Source: Antedon mediterranea
Lineage: Eukaryota > Animalia > Echinodermata
DNA length: 64,000 bases
Direction of reading: 5' to 3'
NCBI RefSeq assembly: GCF_964355755.1
Contig: NC_092670.1
Coordinates: 1,416,201-1,480,200, forward strand
A program made the translations under genes and the position numbers. Below, piece by piece: positions 28,281 to 41,400 of this stretch (its first letter is position 1; the number at the start of each line of letters is the position of its first letter). Below the pieces are notes generated by a model. The model did not search any database, had not been told where the DNA came from, and saw only the letters and a list, made by a program, of their open reading frames with translations.

Positions 28281-30356
28281 TAAATCCATCAGGACAAGTG
28301 CAAGAGATCAATCCATCGTCTGATAATTCAATTATCCCACCATTTTGGCACTGGTACGATTCTTTTCCTGTAACAATGAATATATTAAGGTTAGTACGTA
28401 ATTGCTACAATTTGGTCACGGGGTTGTTTGTGATATGAGATGGACAATTCCTACACATTGATTACCAAACCACCCCCTCCCCTTCGTAAACCCCCCTCCC
28501 CTTCGTAAACCCCCATCCCATGCTTGTGCCCGAGTCAACGTAAATTATGGTACCACAGTATGATGTATACGAGTGTCGTATCTTGCATCCGGAGTGACGT
28601 CATAGCTTCGTTCTAAAAGCTTTCCCTAATTAAGCACACGATGATCTTACAGTTTTTGCGCAGAAAGTCCTTTTAGTATTTAATTAAATTAGGGAAAATA
28701 AACAAAACAGTTTACCAAAGGGAAGCAATATATATTTAAAAAACCCTACTTTGTATTTTTGTTAAGATGCACTAAGCAGAGTATACTAACTTTGTACTGT
28801 TATATTCATTGAACACGTGTTCGAACGTCCAACCATATCCGTAGCCGTGTACTCAACATTGAATGTCTTTTCAAAAACTCCATTTGGTATTTCAATTACT
28901 TCACCAGAAACACGAGAGGTACTACTAGTTGTACTGGAGATACAATATGAATCGTCTGTCCATACTGGTTGGGTCCAATACACCTTTCTTTCATTTGTTG
29001 TAGTGAAAATAAGAATTTCGTGTTGACAGGTTGACCCGTAAGACGGTGGTTCACGGTCTTCGAAATGACCTAAAATTCGTAAAAAGTAAGGCAAATGATA
29101 TCCATTGTTAAACTGTTAATAAATTATTATTAATTTATTACTAAATATTATTCACAACTTCACAATTAAGTAATTGTTAAATTGTCAACTATTTAAGAAA
29201 TATATATGAATGGAGGACGTAATAATTGCATTCTGACACATGCACTCAAATTAGTATGGAACTGCGCTTACTTATTTCACAGACATACGCGATGCTTTTG
29301 TTGCAGGAGACATCATTCCATTTACTGGATTGTCTAAAACCAAGTTCTATACAGTCTTCACCAATTCCAGTGTTATTTGGTTCACCAAAACCGAAATCTG
29401 TAAAAATATCATGTAACCAAATATTTGAAAAGATATCCGACCAATTTGCCGGACAATAAAGACAATACACAATTGATTTGAAAATTTGATTACAAATGTT
29501 TTGAAGTATACGTCTTTCTCAGAATATTTGTAGAACAGGATGACATTGCATTATTGCAAATGACCAAACGATAAACATAGTGGCAAAATACGAGCTACTG
29601 GTATAAACAAAAGCACTGAAACAATAAAACAGGATGTATTAAAAGACAATTAGCTGGTATTTAAGAACTATTAGAATGTCGTTAGCTGGATGTCCAGAAC
29701 ATCTCTCATTTCAAAATAGGACATGACGTCAATGACATTTTAGTTATATTTTGGTAGTTAACCTATGTAGGCCTATTACCTCTAGAAAAAAAGGTTACAT
29801 TTTAAAATTGGCACCATGGCTCCCATTGTGTATGTAATTCATTTCGGTTACAGTATACGTGCTTTCATATTGACTGCATTCTGTAGTGGGGACCCATGTA
29901 AAGTCAGTCTCACTCTCCACATCCAATATGCCTAGCCATAGATTGACACCGGTAGAAATGTTAGCGTAAAGAAAGTCATTTTATTCTTGGTTCCTGACCA
30001 CCACCAAGTCTGCGCCTAGTTCCAAACAGTTTGACCTAGCGTCTGACCAAGAACATTCTTGTTGCCTCAAATTTGTAACAGCCTTCTTGGCACGAAGATA
30101 CTGTAACGAATAAGGAATCTAGCCTTATATAAGGTACTTCAATTCTCAAAAACACAAGAAACTGCATCCATTCCTACGCAAAAACGCATGCGTATGAGAA
30201 AAAACAATGACACTATTTAACATAATTATAGCGCACGACCAGTACCAGCGTTTTTCGTGCCTGGTAAATTTAAACCAGAATACGCGGATGGTCATAAGAT
30301 GCATAATAAATGATAAAATTCTCCGTACCTACATGTATAGCAATTGTGTATGTAAA

Positions 30357-33300
30357 TACACCTTCGTCCAGAACGGTCGTGTTAAGAGCGAGCTCCGCTA
30401 GGCCCCGATAGTTGCTTTCAACTCAAATATTCTCGCCTACACCATTGATTGTAAAAGGGGACTACAGTAGATGCCGATGACCTATCGCAACCGGCCTGAG
30501 CTATGACTGGAATTAATTCGCTATCACAATTTTAACGCTATTTTATGCTATACCTGAACAACTTTTATTACATTTTAACCTGCTGTTTTTTATGAATTTT
30601 AACCTGCTGTTTTACCGAATCTTAACCTGCTATTTTTTTAGTTTTGATTATTTGTATTATACCGGTAGTTTTACAGTCAAAGTTTGGACTCTGTAACTGT
30701 ATTTCGATTGATTGTGTAGGCCTATCTGTGATGTTTTTCATTTTGGTAACCCTGCTGAACATTGGATAAGGGTACTAACTAAGAATCTAGCTATTGACTT
30801 TTAAAAACCAAACGACGAAGCGAATTCACTTGCATTCCATGACCACCTGGACACATTGTCATTTTGTTACCGCATAACTCGATACATTCCGCTGCAGAGC
30901 AAGGACGTGCTGGCCTTTGTTTTCGGCAAGCACAATTGGTGAGTGTACTTTTCCTTTCTATTTGTGTATAAGGATACATATGGCGGGAAGTATGAATGGT
31001 ATTTTTCTGGCGCTGTCGCTATATGTTATGGTGTTGAAAAGATCACACCATCATCCTGAACATGAACAAGTCATTCATAAGTTATGCCCTTCTTCAATTT
31101 ATCTGGATAACCATACATCGAAGGATTTCAAGAATGTAGTCGGTGAGTGTTATACGTACCTATTTACATCAACCAAAAAATTCTCGCATTATGATTATAA
31201 TTTTCATCGGAACCCCAGACAGCTTGCATGTAGAACTTTAATTATCTGCTTACTATGGTGTGGTGACATCGAATCCAATCCTGGACCAGCGAATGTACCT
31301 GTATCAAACAATTGTTGTGGTGAATGTCAACGGCGCGTCACTACCAGAAGCAGAGCCATATCGTGTGATGAGTGTAATAAGTGGACTCATATAAAGTGTA
31401 CTGATGGTTTCATGACGCCCAAAAGATACAAGTACATTGTAAACAACAATACTGAATTTGATTATGTATGCGTGGAATGCAGCTGGAAACATCTCCCATT
31501 TGATTCCTGTGGAAATCATAACGGTGACATAGGATTAAGAACGCCACCCCCATTATTTAATTATATCGTCGCTCCTGAAGACTTCATGCGGTTTAAACAG
31601 AAAGGAATACACATTCTACACTTAAATACAAGATCAATGATCCCCAAACTACCGGAACTGCGCGATATTGCATATAAAAGTAAAGCTGGTATTATCTCCA
31701 TTAGCGAAACATGGATTGATGATTCGGTATCTGACAACGAAATTAAAATTGAAGGTTACTCAGTTCTACGAAGAGATCGCGACCGCAAAGGCGGTGGCGT
31801 ATGTACGTATATAAGTGATGACATCGCGTTTAACCGGCGTTCAGATATTGAATCCGACGAAGCTGAAGTACTTTGGATTGAACTGAACCTGCCTAAAACC
31901 AAACCCATTATAATTGGAACATGTTACAGACCACCAAAGCAAACGAACTTTCTAACTCTGTTTGAAAATATGTTATCTAAAATTGGAATGGACAGTGAAT
32001 TAATTGTTGTTGGCGATTTTAATATATGTACTTTAACAAAGTCATCTTTATTGAATAGCTATAATCAAATTCTAAGTATGTTTAGTTTAAGTAACAAAGT
32101 AACTGAACCAACTAGGATATGCCCTACAGTTGCTTCATGCCTCGATCATATATTATGTAATAATGAGAATAAGATAAGCCAATCGGGTACAATCGCAACA
32201 GGTCTAAGCGATCACTTAATGACATTTTGTACACGGAAAACTATTAAACTTAAGTTCAATGGACATAAAAATGTATATATCAGATCACTAAAAAACTATA
32301 CCGTTGATCAATTTAGAAACATACTAATAGATATCGATTGGTAAGTAGTTACCTCTATCGGAGATGTAAATGAAGCTCTGTATAAATTTAATGCATTACT
32401 TTTGGCTGCTATTGATTCCATTGCCCCCCTTAAAAACATTAGGATGAAACAAAGAACGGAACCATGGTTAACTAGAGAAATATTACAAGACATTGAAACC
32501 AGAGATAAATTATTAAATATGTATAATAAAAACAAGAATAATACCGACTTATTAATACAATTTCGCAAACTAAGAAATAAAATACAGCGTGATATAAATA
32601 AAGCTAAATCAAATCATTTGTTAAACAAGGCTGAAGAAAATAAAAATAACCCTAAAAAATTATGGACAATTTTTAAAGGTCTAGGCTATAGTAATACATC
32701 TAAGGACAGTGCTAAAACGGTTATTGACCTGCCCAATGGTACTAAATGTTTCGACCCAGCCAAAATTGCTTCTTGCTTCAACGAATATTTTACTACTATT
32801 GCAGCCAATTTGGTCAGTAAACTTCCATCCCCTAAGAATGTGTATGACTGTACGTCGTCCAAACTTAAGGATTTCTATAGAACCGTTAGTGGCAATAACT
32901 TTATGCTCAACTCAGTGGACGAAGACTTTATATATAGTGAATTAAACAAACTTAATGCGACAAAAAGCACGGGTGTCGATAAGATACCTCCCCGCTTCAT
33001 AAAAGATGGGGCTGAAATTCTAAAAGTTCCCATTACCTACATAATTAATTTATCAATTAGTACCAGTACAGTCCCAGAAGACATGAAAAAGGCCAAGGTC
33101 ATACCTCTTTATAAAAAAGGTAGTAGAACCGATATTGGAAACTATCGCCCTATAAGTATACTCAGTACAATGTCTAAAATTTTAGAGAAGGCTGTTTTTA
33201 TTCAAATCGAAAAATACCTTACTGAAAACAACGTATTGTATAAATATCAATCTGGATTTCAAGCTGCCTTCTCTACTGACACATGTTTGATAGACTTAGT

Positions 33301-34720
33301 TGATTCCCTTAAAACCCAAACTTCTAAGGGAAATTTCTCGGGTATGGTGTTGGTCGATTTAAAGAAGGCATTTGACACTGTAGATCATGACATTTTATGT
33401 AATAAGCTTAAATTAATGGGTTAAATTAAATAGTAACTGTTGATGATCATTGCTCTCAATCTTGTACTGTTACATGCGGGGTTCCTCAAGGAAGTATCCT
33501 TGGACCCCTTTTGTTCTTATGTTTTGTTAATGACATGGTAACTTGTATTGATCCTGATTGTAAACTCCTTCTATACGCTGATGACAGTGCAATTGTTTAT
33601 TCACACAGAAATCCAGATATTATTTCTAAGAAGCTAGGGTCAACACTAGACTCCTTGTGTGATTGGCTTGTAGACAATAAATTAACAATTAACCTGGATA
33701 AAACTGAGTGTATACTATTTGGTTCTAAGAGAAAAACTAAAAATGTTAACAATTTTAATGTCTCAACAAATGGTAACAATATCAACACTAGTAATTGTGT
33801 CAAGTATCTGGGTATTGAAATAGATCAAAATTTAACGTGTTCTGAATATGCATGTAAAACCATTAAGAAAATTAATAATAGGCTTAAGTTTATGTACCGC
33901 CAACGTAAGATACTAAGTTGTAAGAATCGTAAACTATTATGCTCTGCTCTCATCCAATGTGTTTTTGATTATGCTGCATCTTCTTGGTTCTGTGGAACCA
34001 GTAAAGCTATCCAAAGAAAACTACAAATTGCTCAAAACAAAATGGTTAGACTCATAAAAGGAGTTGAACCCAGAAGACATATAGGTGCTGATCAATTAGA
34101 CGATTATGGATTGTTAAATGTAAAATATCGAGTAAAGTTCTTGCAAATTAGCCAAGTTCATAAAATATTTATGGGCAGAAGTGCTTCATACCTAAACGAA
34201 AACTCTCGTAGAGTTAATAACTTACATGGTCACTTCACTCGTGGTAGTAAACTCAATTTTGTTGATACCTAAAGTCCAAGGCATAGAATGTAATACATTC
34301 TATTTTAATGCAATCAGAGAATGGAATAACCTTCCTGACTATATTAAACAAATTTCCAACACATCTAAATTTAAAACTGAATTGAAACAATATTACAAAA
34401 TTAAACATAGATAAATTATTATTGTGCCATTATATCAGATGTTTTGCTTATATGCTTATATATTTATGAACCCCGTCTTATAATGTTTGTTTTGTTAAAA
34501 TTATAATTACTATCTTTTTAGGGACCACATTGGAATTAAGTTGTTTTACTTTAAACGACTTTATGTGTTTTCCCGTGCATCGTCAGACTTCATTAATCCC
34601 GCCATTTTTATTTGCTTTTTTGATGTATTTTAATATTTAAGGTGATTATATATATTATTGATGTATTTTTAATGTTATTTATTGAGATGCCAAATAAATG
34701 AAAGAAAAAGAAAGAAAAAG
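30357..34720 (+). mobile_element. Near-full-length non-LTR retrotransposon (CR1/L2-group-like): 2A-like peptide, PHD finger, APE endonuclease, RT; inactivated
   Basis: GDIESNPGP (31262-31288); PHD CGEC..CDEC..H..C..CVEC; EEP motifs HLNTRS, SETW, GDFN, LDH, SDH; RT YRPISILS, DLKKAFDTVDH, GVPQGSILGP, YADD (33574-33585). In-frame stop 32342-32344, deletion/frameshift ~33425, frameshift ~34265. AATAAA plus (AAAGA)n tail. Confidence 0.92.
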
Positions 34721-35498
34721 ATTCGATAATGTGGCCTCCATGGTGCACAGGCACAGGTATCCAAAATATGAATACTCGATGGCATTTCCTGATATCTTTA
34801 ATTAGTAGCCTCTTTAATAATAAGTGCCTCGTTTTCTCTTTCCTTCCGGTATAGATTGAAACCAACTGACGTCAGCTTATTTGAAGCAGTCGTTTAGTTT
34901 GATTGGCTAGCACTAGTCTTGCTTTTTAAATTTTGTTGCAATTTGATGTGTTTAATTCATTCTAAATATAGATATTTTGATAATTTGATGTTTCGATCTA
35001 GTTATTGTCAAGAATCTGATAAGCATAACTAATCCTGTTTATTATATACACATTTAGTGTTACCAAACGCATGAACATAGTTGCATTAATCAATGACTCA
35101 TCTCAGCTCCAGCTGCCGATTTGCAAAAATGTTATTGTCTAAAAAATGTCTTATGTTTTCATAGCATTGTATCCTAATTCTGAGAATAATTGTGTACCAT
35201 TGTAAATGTTTGCCTAACGTAATCCCAATCATAACAACATTCATTGTCAATATAAAAATGTGAACAATCTCCAATAATAATGTTGCACGTGCACTACGAA
35301 TTTGCATAGACATACTGTAAATATATTAAATCTTTTAACCTTTCATTAACGTTTTTCTTTACATCAATACATTTTAGATAATCATAATTTCATTGGTATT
35401 ATTTTCTTCAATTTTGATTAAAATATCCTAAACATTATTACAATTCCTATAAATCATTTATTAAATTTACGAGTAATGCGAAAGCCTATTTAGATGTT

Positions 35499-38400
35499 TT
35501 ACAAGAGGAGCGTTGTTGGAGTTTCATCAAACACCTTATTGACTTCCATTTCCATAGGAATCGATGATTCTTTTTCATTTGTATAGTTGTAATACTTGTG
35601 ATTTTGTCTAAAAGAAAAAAAAAATACGGAGTTAAATGGATAAAACAAAATTACCGAAAATAATGGCTAGGCCTACTGTTCTTTTTTTAAACCACAATAT
35701 CACGTAATACTCGCGTGTTTCAAAACGAGTGTAAGGAAATTAAACTTTCCAGTAAACAGTTAGGACTTTTGAACTAGTAATAAATATAATAGCATTACAC
35801 TGTGACTACATTAGAAGTTGTCACACAAAAAAAAGACGAAATGAAGTTTACATAGTTACTGTTTACTAACAATATACTTATAGTTACCTTACAAGTTTGA
35901 TGATTATACCAATCAGAATTAGAACTGTAATTGCTAGGCCTACCACTGCCACTGCCAAAGAAACTTGGTCATTTAAATTCTCAATTGTACCTGTAAAAAT
36001 AATGTAGATACAATGTCTTGATGTAAAAATCAATGTTTTGTAAGAAATGTGTGAGGTTTACTCCCTTCTTATGCTTGGTTCCCACTAGAAACGCAACGCA
36101 AGGACGTAACGCAACGTAGGGGATTTGACCAATCTCAAACGATGGATTATTCGACTGTCGCTTGTCATTGGTCAACACGCTTGCGTTGCGTTTACGTCCT
36201 TGCGTTGCGTCTCTAGTGGGAACCAAGCTTAAGAAAACAAGATCTTGTCTCCTCATAACTTAACAAGGTTCTCTAATACACTAATCTGTTAAAGCACATT
36301 TTTATACTACACAATCATTTTGTTACCTTTGTTGCTTGATTGTGCTTCGGCTTCTCTGTCGTTGTTTTCTGTAATGTTGACACCTAATATCAAAATGAAC
36401 AAATATAAGTTTGGTAATATAAAATACTATATGGCAATTTAAATTATGGCAGCATTACCTAAAATAATCTTAGCAGAGAAACAAATTTCACGTTAAAAGG
36501 CAATATGGGGCCTCATGTTCATTTAATTTTTTTATTTTGATAACTTGGACATAAAGAGTTGTATTTATAGCCTACCAGTGTTATTTCTTGTTTCACATTT
36601 CAATCCACTAAATCCTTCTGTACAAATACAATACAAAAATCCATCGTCTGTTGTTTTAATTTTCCCGCCATTTTGGCACTGGTTGTCTGTAACAACAAAG
36701 TCAAAAGAATGTTAAAAGATTTATAGTACGTTTCTATATAGTAGTGGATTTCTTTAAACAATATTTTCCTATCAAGAAGGCTGGTTATCGTCTCAAGAAA
36801 ATAATTCAGACAATAAAAATGTCTTGAAGCACTACCACTGTCAAATAACCTTAGTCATTTGAATTCTCAATTGCACCTGTAAGAAAAATAATGTAGATAC
36901 AATGTCTTGATGTAAAAATCAATGTTTATAAAATAGTAATGAAATGAGGCGTAAGCCTACTCCATTCTAAGAAAACCACGTAACGTCAAATGGCGATATT
37001 GGGCCTGATGTTGTTTTTTCATTTTGGTACCTGGACATAAATTTTTTTATAGCTTTATAGCCTACCGGTGCTATTTCTTATTTCACATGTCAATCCACTA
37101 AATCCTTCTGTACAAATGCAAGACAACAATCCATCGTCTGATGTTTCAATTTTTCCGCCATTTCGGCACTGGTTGTCTGTAACAACAAAGTCGAATGAAT
37201 TTTAAAAGATTAGTACGTTTCTATAAGTAATGGATTTCTTTAAGTATTTGTCAGACAATAAAGATTTCTTGAAGCTAGATTAAACTAGAGTTATGATGAA
37301 TATCTTATGTGATATTTAGAATGCGATGACTTTAAATCCTTACAGTCTCCTCAGAGTGACCTTAACAGTCTTCTCGGAGTGACCTTAACAGTCTTCTCAG
37401 AGTGACCTTTCACTGTAGGTGATAAACAATGTGTATTTCTATCGTTGAGAGCAATAGAAAGCCATACAAATATATGGATTAGTTTCTAACCGCCATAATT
37501 CTTCATTGCATCGTTTTACGTATGACCAAACTTGATAATACTTACTTGTACTTGACACTGTTATTTTGAATGAACACGCATTAGAACGTCCAACCATATC
37601 CGTAGCCGTGTACTCGACATTGATTGTTGTTCCTAAAACTCCATTTGGTATTTCAATGAATTCACCGGGTGAAAAAGAGCTACTAGTTGTACTGGCGAAA
37701 CAAGATGAATCGTCTGTCCACACGGGAGGTTGCCAAAACACATTTACTCTTCTTTCATTTGGTTTTGTTAGAAGATGTATATCTTGTGGACATGTTGACC
37801 CGTATGAAGGTGGTTCCCGGTCTTCAAAATTACCTAAATAAAACGGATCAGAGAATGTACCTTACGGGTTATTTAGGAAATATTTTGTTGTTGAATGTTG
37901 ATGAATTTTGAATGTAGAGATTAGCCAACCAAAAGACAAAGATAATTGCCAGGAAAGCAGTGTGTTATCTTGAAGTAGACTAGCTATTGCCAGTAGTGAC
38001 AATGGCAGGACAGGTAGTAGTAACAGTTGATATCTTACTTATTTCACACACATAAGATCTTCGTATGTTGCAAGGGCTATCATTCCAATTGTCTGAATTC
38101 GTAGAATCAAGCTCTACACAGTCTTCACCGTTTCCATAATTATTTGGTTCACCGTAACCAAAATCTGTAAAAACAGAAAGGATTAAGCTAAAAAAATAAA
38201 TCATTTAGCTAAATAGGATATAATGTACACCCACCCTATTACTTACTATAGGAGCATACCAAATGTTCCCTGTAGGCCTAAATCTTAAAGATGAATAATA
38301 TTGAATATACCACATTTATATAGCGCCCTCTTTAAGACTAAACTAGTTGTGGGACAACGTTGATATTGTCATCCAGTAAAAATATGTTTATAAATAAATA

Positions 38401-41400
38401 CATAAATAAATAAAAATAAAAAGTTAAAGGCATTTTACGTAAAGCTTACCAGACAGAATAATTGAATAATTTTGTTGATAATTTGATCTGAACTTTTTTT
38501 TTCTTTAATGGATGTTTACACCTATAGTGTGCGAACCTTATACCAAATATAAATGCTGGTATTTTTCTTTCGAAATTAAGCCATAATACGTTCACAAAAA
38601 TGTAATATTTCTTTCTAACCAGGATAGCGGCTGATATTTCTTATGTATATGTGACTTCGTATGTTAGAAGTTATTACGTTCGTTTAAACGGCATATACGT
38701 ACTTTTATATTGACTGCATTCTGTCGAAACCCATGTAAAGTCGGCCTCGCTCCCCATATCTGATAAGCCTATCCATACATCGCCAGTTGCAGGACTGTTG
38801 GCGTAAAGAAAGTCATTTTCTTCTTGATTTCTGACCACCACCAAGTCTGCACCTAGTGCTTTACAGTTGGCTCTAGCGTCTGACCAGGTCATTTTTGTTG
38901 TTTGAAATTTGTAACAGCTTTCTTGAAATGGTAACCACCCTTCTTGACAGGGAAGAACTGCAATGATCGAAGAAAACAACTTATTACATTCCAGTTTATA
39001 TTTTCTACTACGCAAATTAAATAGCCATCGTAAAGAACATTACCTCACTCAGCCTTTTTTAGTAATCGGAACTGAAATTATATAAAATCGGTTCAGTAAT
39101 TTTAAGACAAATAAATATTTTAATATATTAAAATCAACAGATAATCCAACACTGTACTTATTTGTGGTTAGTGATGGCTATATAGTAAGAGCTTTGCCGT
39201 AGTTTATTATTTTAGTATAGCGCCCCTATAGAATTAAAATGTACCACCTAACCTTTGATCCTAAAAAACACAATGAAGACCTTGTATAATAAAATACAAT
39301 GTGAAGACAAGGCTGTAGTGTTTAAGAAATGTTTACCCTACTGACCCAATGTGACCTTTTACCCCAAGTTGCGAATAGCACATTAGTGGAAGGTAGTACC
39401 AGTCATAGCCTACTGACCGTAGGCCCAGTTGTCGTTTGGAACTAGTATCATATTAAAATGTTGCCAGTAAGAAAACAGAAACTAGCTCTGGGTAAAGAAG
39501 AACTGTAAAGAACAAGGCCATATAGATGGCTGCAGTCGCGTGCTTAGTGTTTACCGACCGACCGACCAACTGACCGAAATGACTGAACATGTTTAAAAAT
39601 GTTGAAATGTTTTAAAACAGTTATATTTTTTTAATTTACACGTGCGTAGCCTGTCACTTTTGACGTGCTCGTATAACGTAATTTCGAGTTGAAAAGTAAG
39701 TCAAGAAAACAGAAATCGGGCAAAAAGAGTGCGCAATAACAATTAACGCGCAGTGCGTGCGCAAAAATCTGCGCACTCATGGCAATTTTGTAAACGCTTA
39801 AAATTGCCTGAAACGTACTCTTATTTCATCGAAAATAAATTTTGAAAATTTTAAGCGCGCGTACGCATGCGTTACATGCGCTACGCACGTAATTGTATTG
39901 CCATATGATGATTTATGCCCTGAAATTTGTGAGTAACAAATTTTATTTAATTGTGATTCATGGTTGTGAAGATATGATTACAAACGTGATTTCGTTAAAT
40001 CGTGCGTAGACCGCGTAATTTTTTATTGCGCACCGTAAAAACATAACCACATCGATTCCTGGCCATAAAGAATATACTCTGAAAAATTGACTTAGTTAGA
40101 TTAAACTGATATCAAGATAAAACGCATAGTGATACCGGACCGACAGACCGACAGACCGACCGACATAGTGAACTATAGAGTCGCTTCCACGCGACTAAAA
40201 ACCTAAAGATGAACAGTAGTAAAACATAACACAGCTCTGGGTAAAGAAGAACTGTAAGAACAGGACCAATCTCGTCAGTTACAGCTGACGCGGTAAAGAA
40301 AGGGAACTGACCAAAGTCAATGCATGATGAACAAATGAAAAAAGACTAAACATTTTTCGACCCTTCTCACTAAAAGTCAATATATACTTGTTATATTCTA
40401 CGATTGTCTGATGTGAATAGTTATATTCCGGTACCGGCATTTTGCCAGCACCAAGTACGAAAAGGTCTAACAGGTACCAACAAGCATTTATTGTCTTTTT
40501 CCTTCCGTCTTTCTGTAGGCCGCGATTGAAAACTACTGACGTCAGCTTATCAGTACAATCTTATTTTCCATTGTATTGTATTCCATGTTTCTATCTTATA
40601 ACTAGTTTCTTTAAATAGATCTTTCTGATCTGTTTCCTCTATCGTTTTATCTTTCCCTTTTTGCTTATTAGTGCTTATCATTTTCTATATTTATCTTAAT
40701 CTGAGGGTTTTTTTTTTCCTTTTTCTGTACTGTACATTCTATTATTTTAATAAACCAATAAAGTACTGTAGCAAATTCTTTGTTGACGACGATAACTGTA
40801 TTTGTTTAAAAAAAAATCTTCTAAACTTTGTTAAATTTAATAAAGTTACTGCAACACCTTTATGAATATAACTAATATGCATTCATTTCTTAGTTTCGTA
40901 AATAGAGCCCATACATCTATGGACAGATTTGTATTTTCTTACCGACGCCATTTTGTTTTCCACATGTAAAGCCGCTAAATCCATCAGGACAAGTGCAAGA
41001 AAATGATCCATCTTCTGATACTTCAATAATCCCACCATTTTGGCACTGATACGATTCTTTTCCTGTAACAATGAATAGAATATTAAAGTTAGTACGTAAT
41101 TGCTAATATTTGGTCACGAGGTAGATATGAAGAGAAGACCAAGAACAATTCATACAAATTGATAACTCTCTCATGAATCCTCATCTCCTGATTATGCCAA
41201 AATCAACCTAAATACCTAAATAATAATGTATACGAATGCCTTGTATCCTTATGAGTGACGTCTTAGCACCACAAATGCCATCTTGTAATCTGAGTAACGT
41301 GTCTATAGTAAAGTTTCTATAGTAAAGTTTCTATAGCTTCGTTTCAATGGCTTTCCAGAATTACTCCAAATGTATGTGCAAATGAGCGTTACTACTTTGC

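Larger units (their letters stand above)
22684..34741 (-). pseudogene. Lectin receptor gene 3 (5' module disrupted): SP(split by LINE)-CTLD*-HYR-EGF/repeat-CTLD-HYR-EGF-TM-tail
   Basis: SP halves ~34721-34741 and ~30329-30356. CTL 29863-30100 has a 21-nt deletion, a +1 insertion and TAA at 29981-29983. CTL2 29272-29397; HYR 28791-29069; EGF from 28367 runs into the repeat. Second module intact: CTL 25042-25296 + 24469-24594; HYR 24046-24330; EGF 23734-23844; TM 23229-23331; tail 22684-22786 (DETPTTLLL*). Confidence 0.72.

Noticed and set aside
25968-28438. 821-aa + strand ORF and the 201/211-aa overlapping ORFs as genes
   Set aside because: By-products of stop-free triplet-length repeats, antisense or off-frame to the EGF exon.
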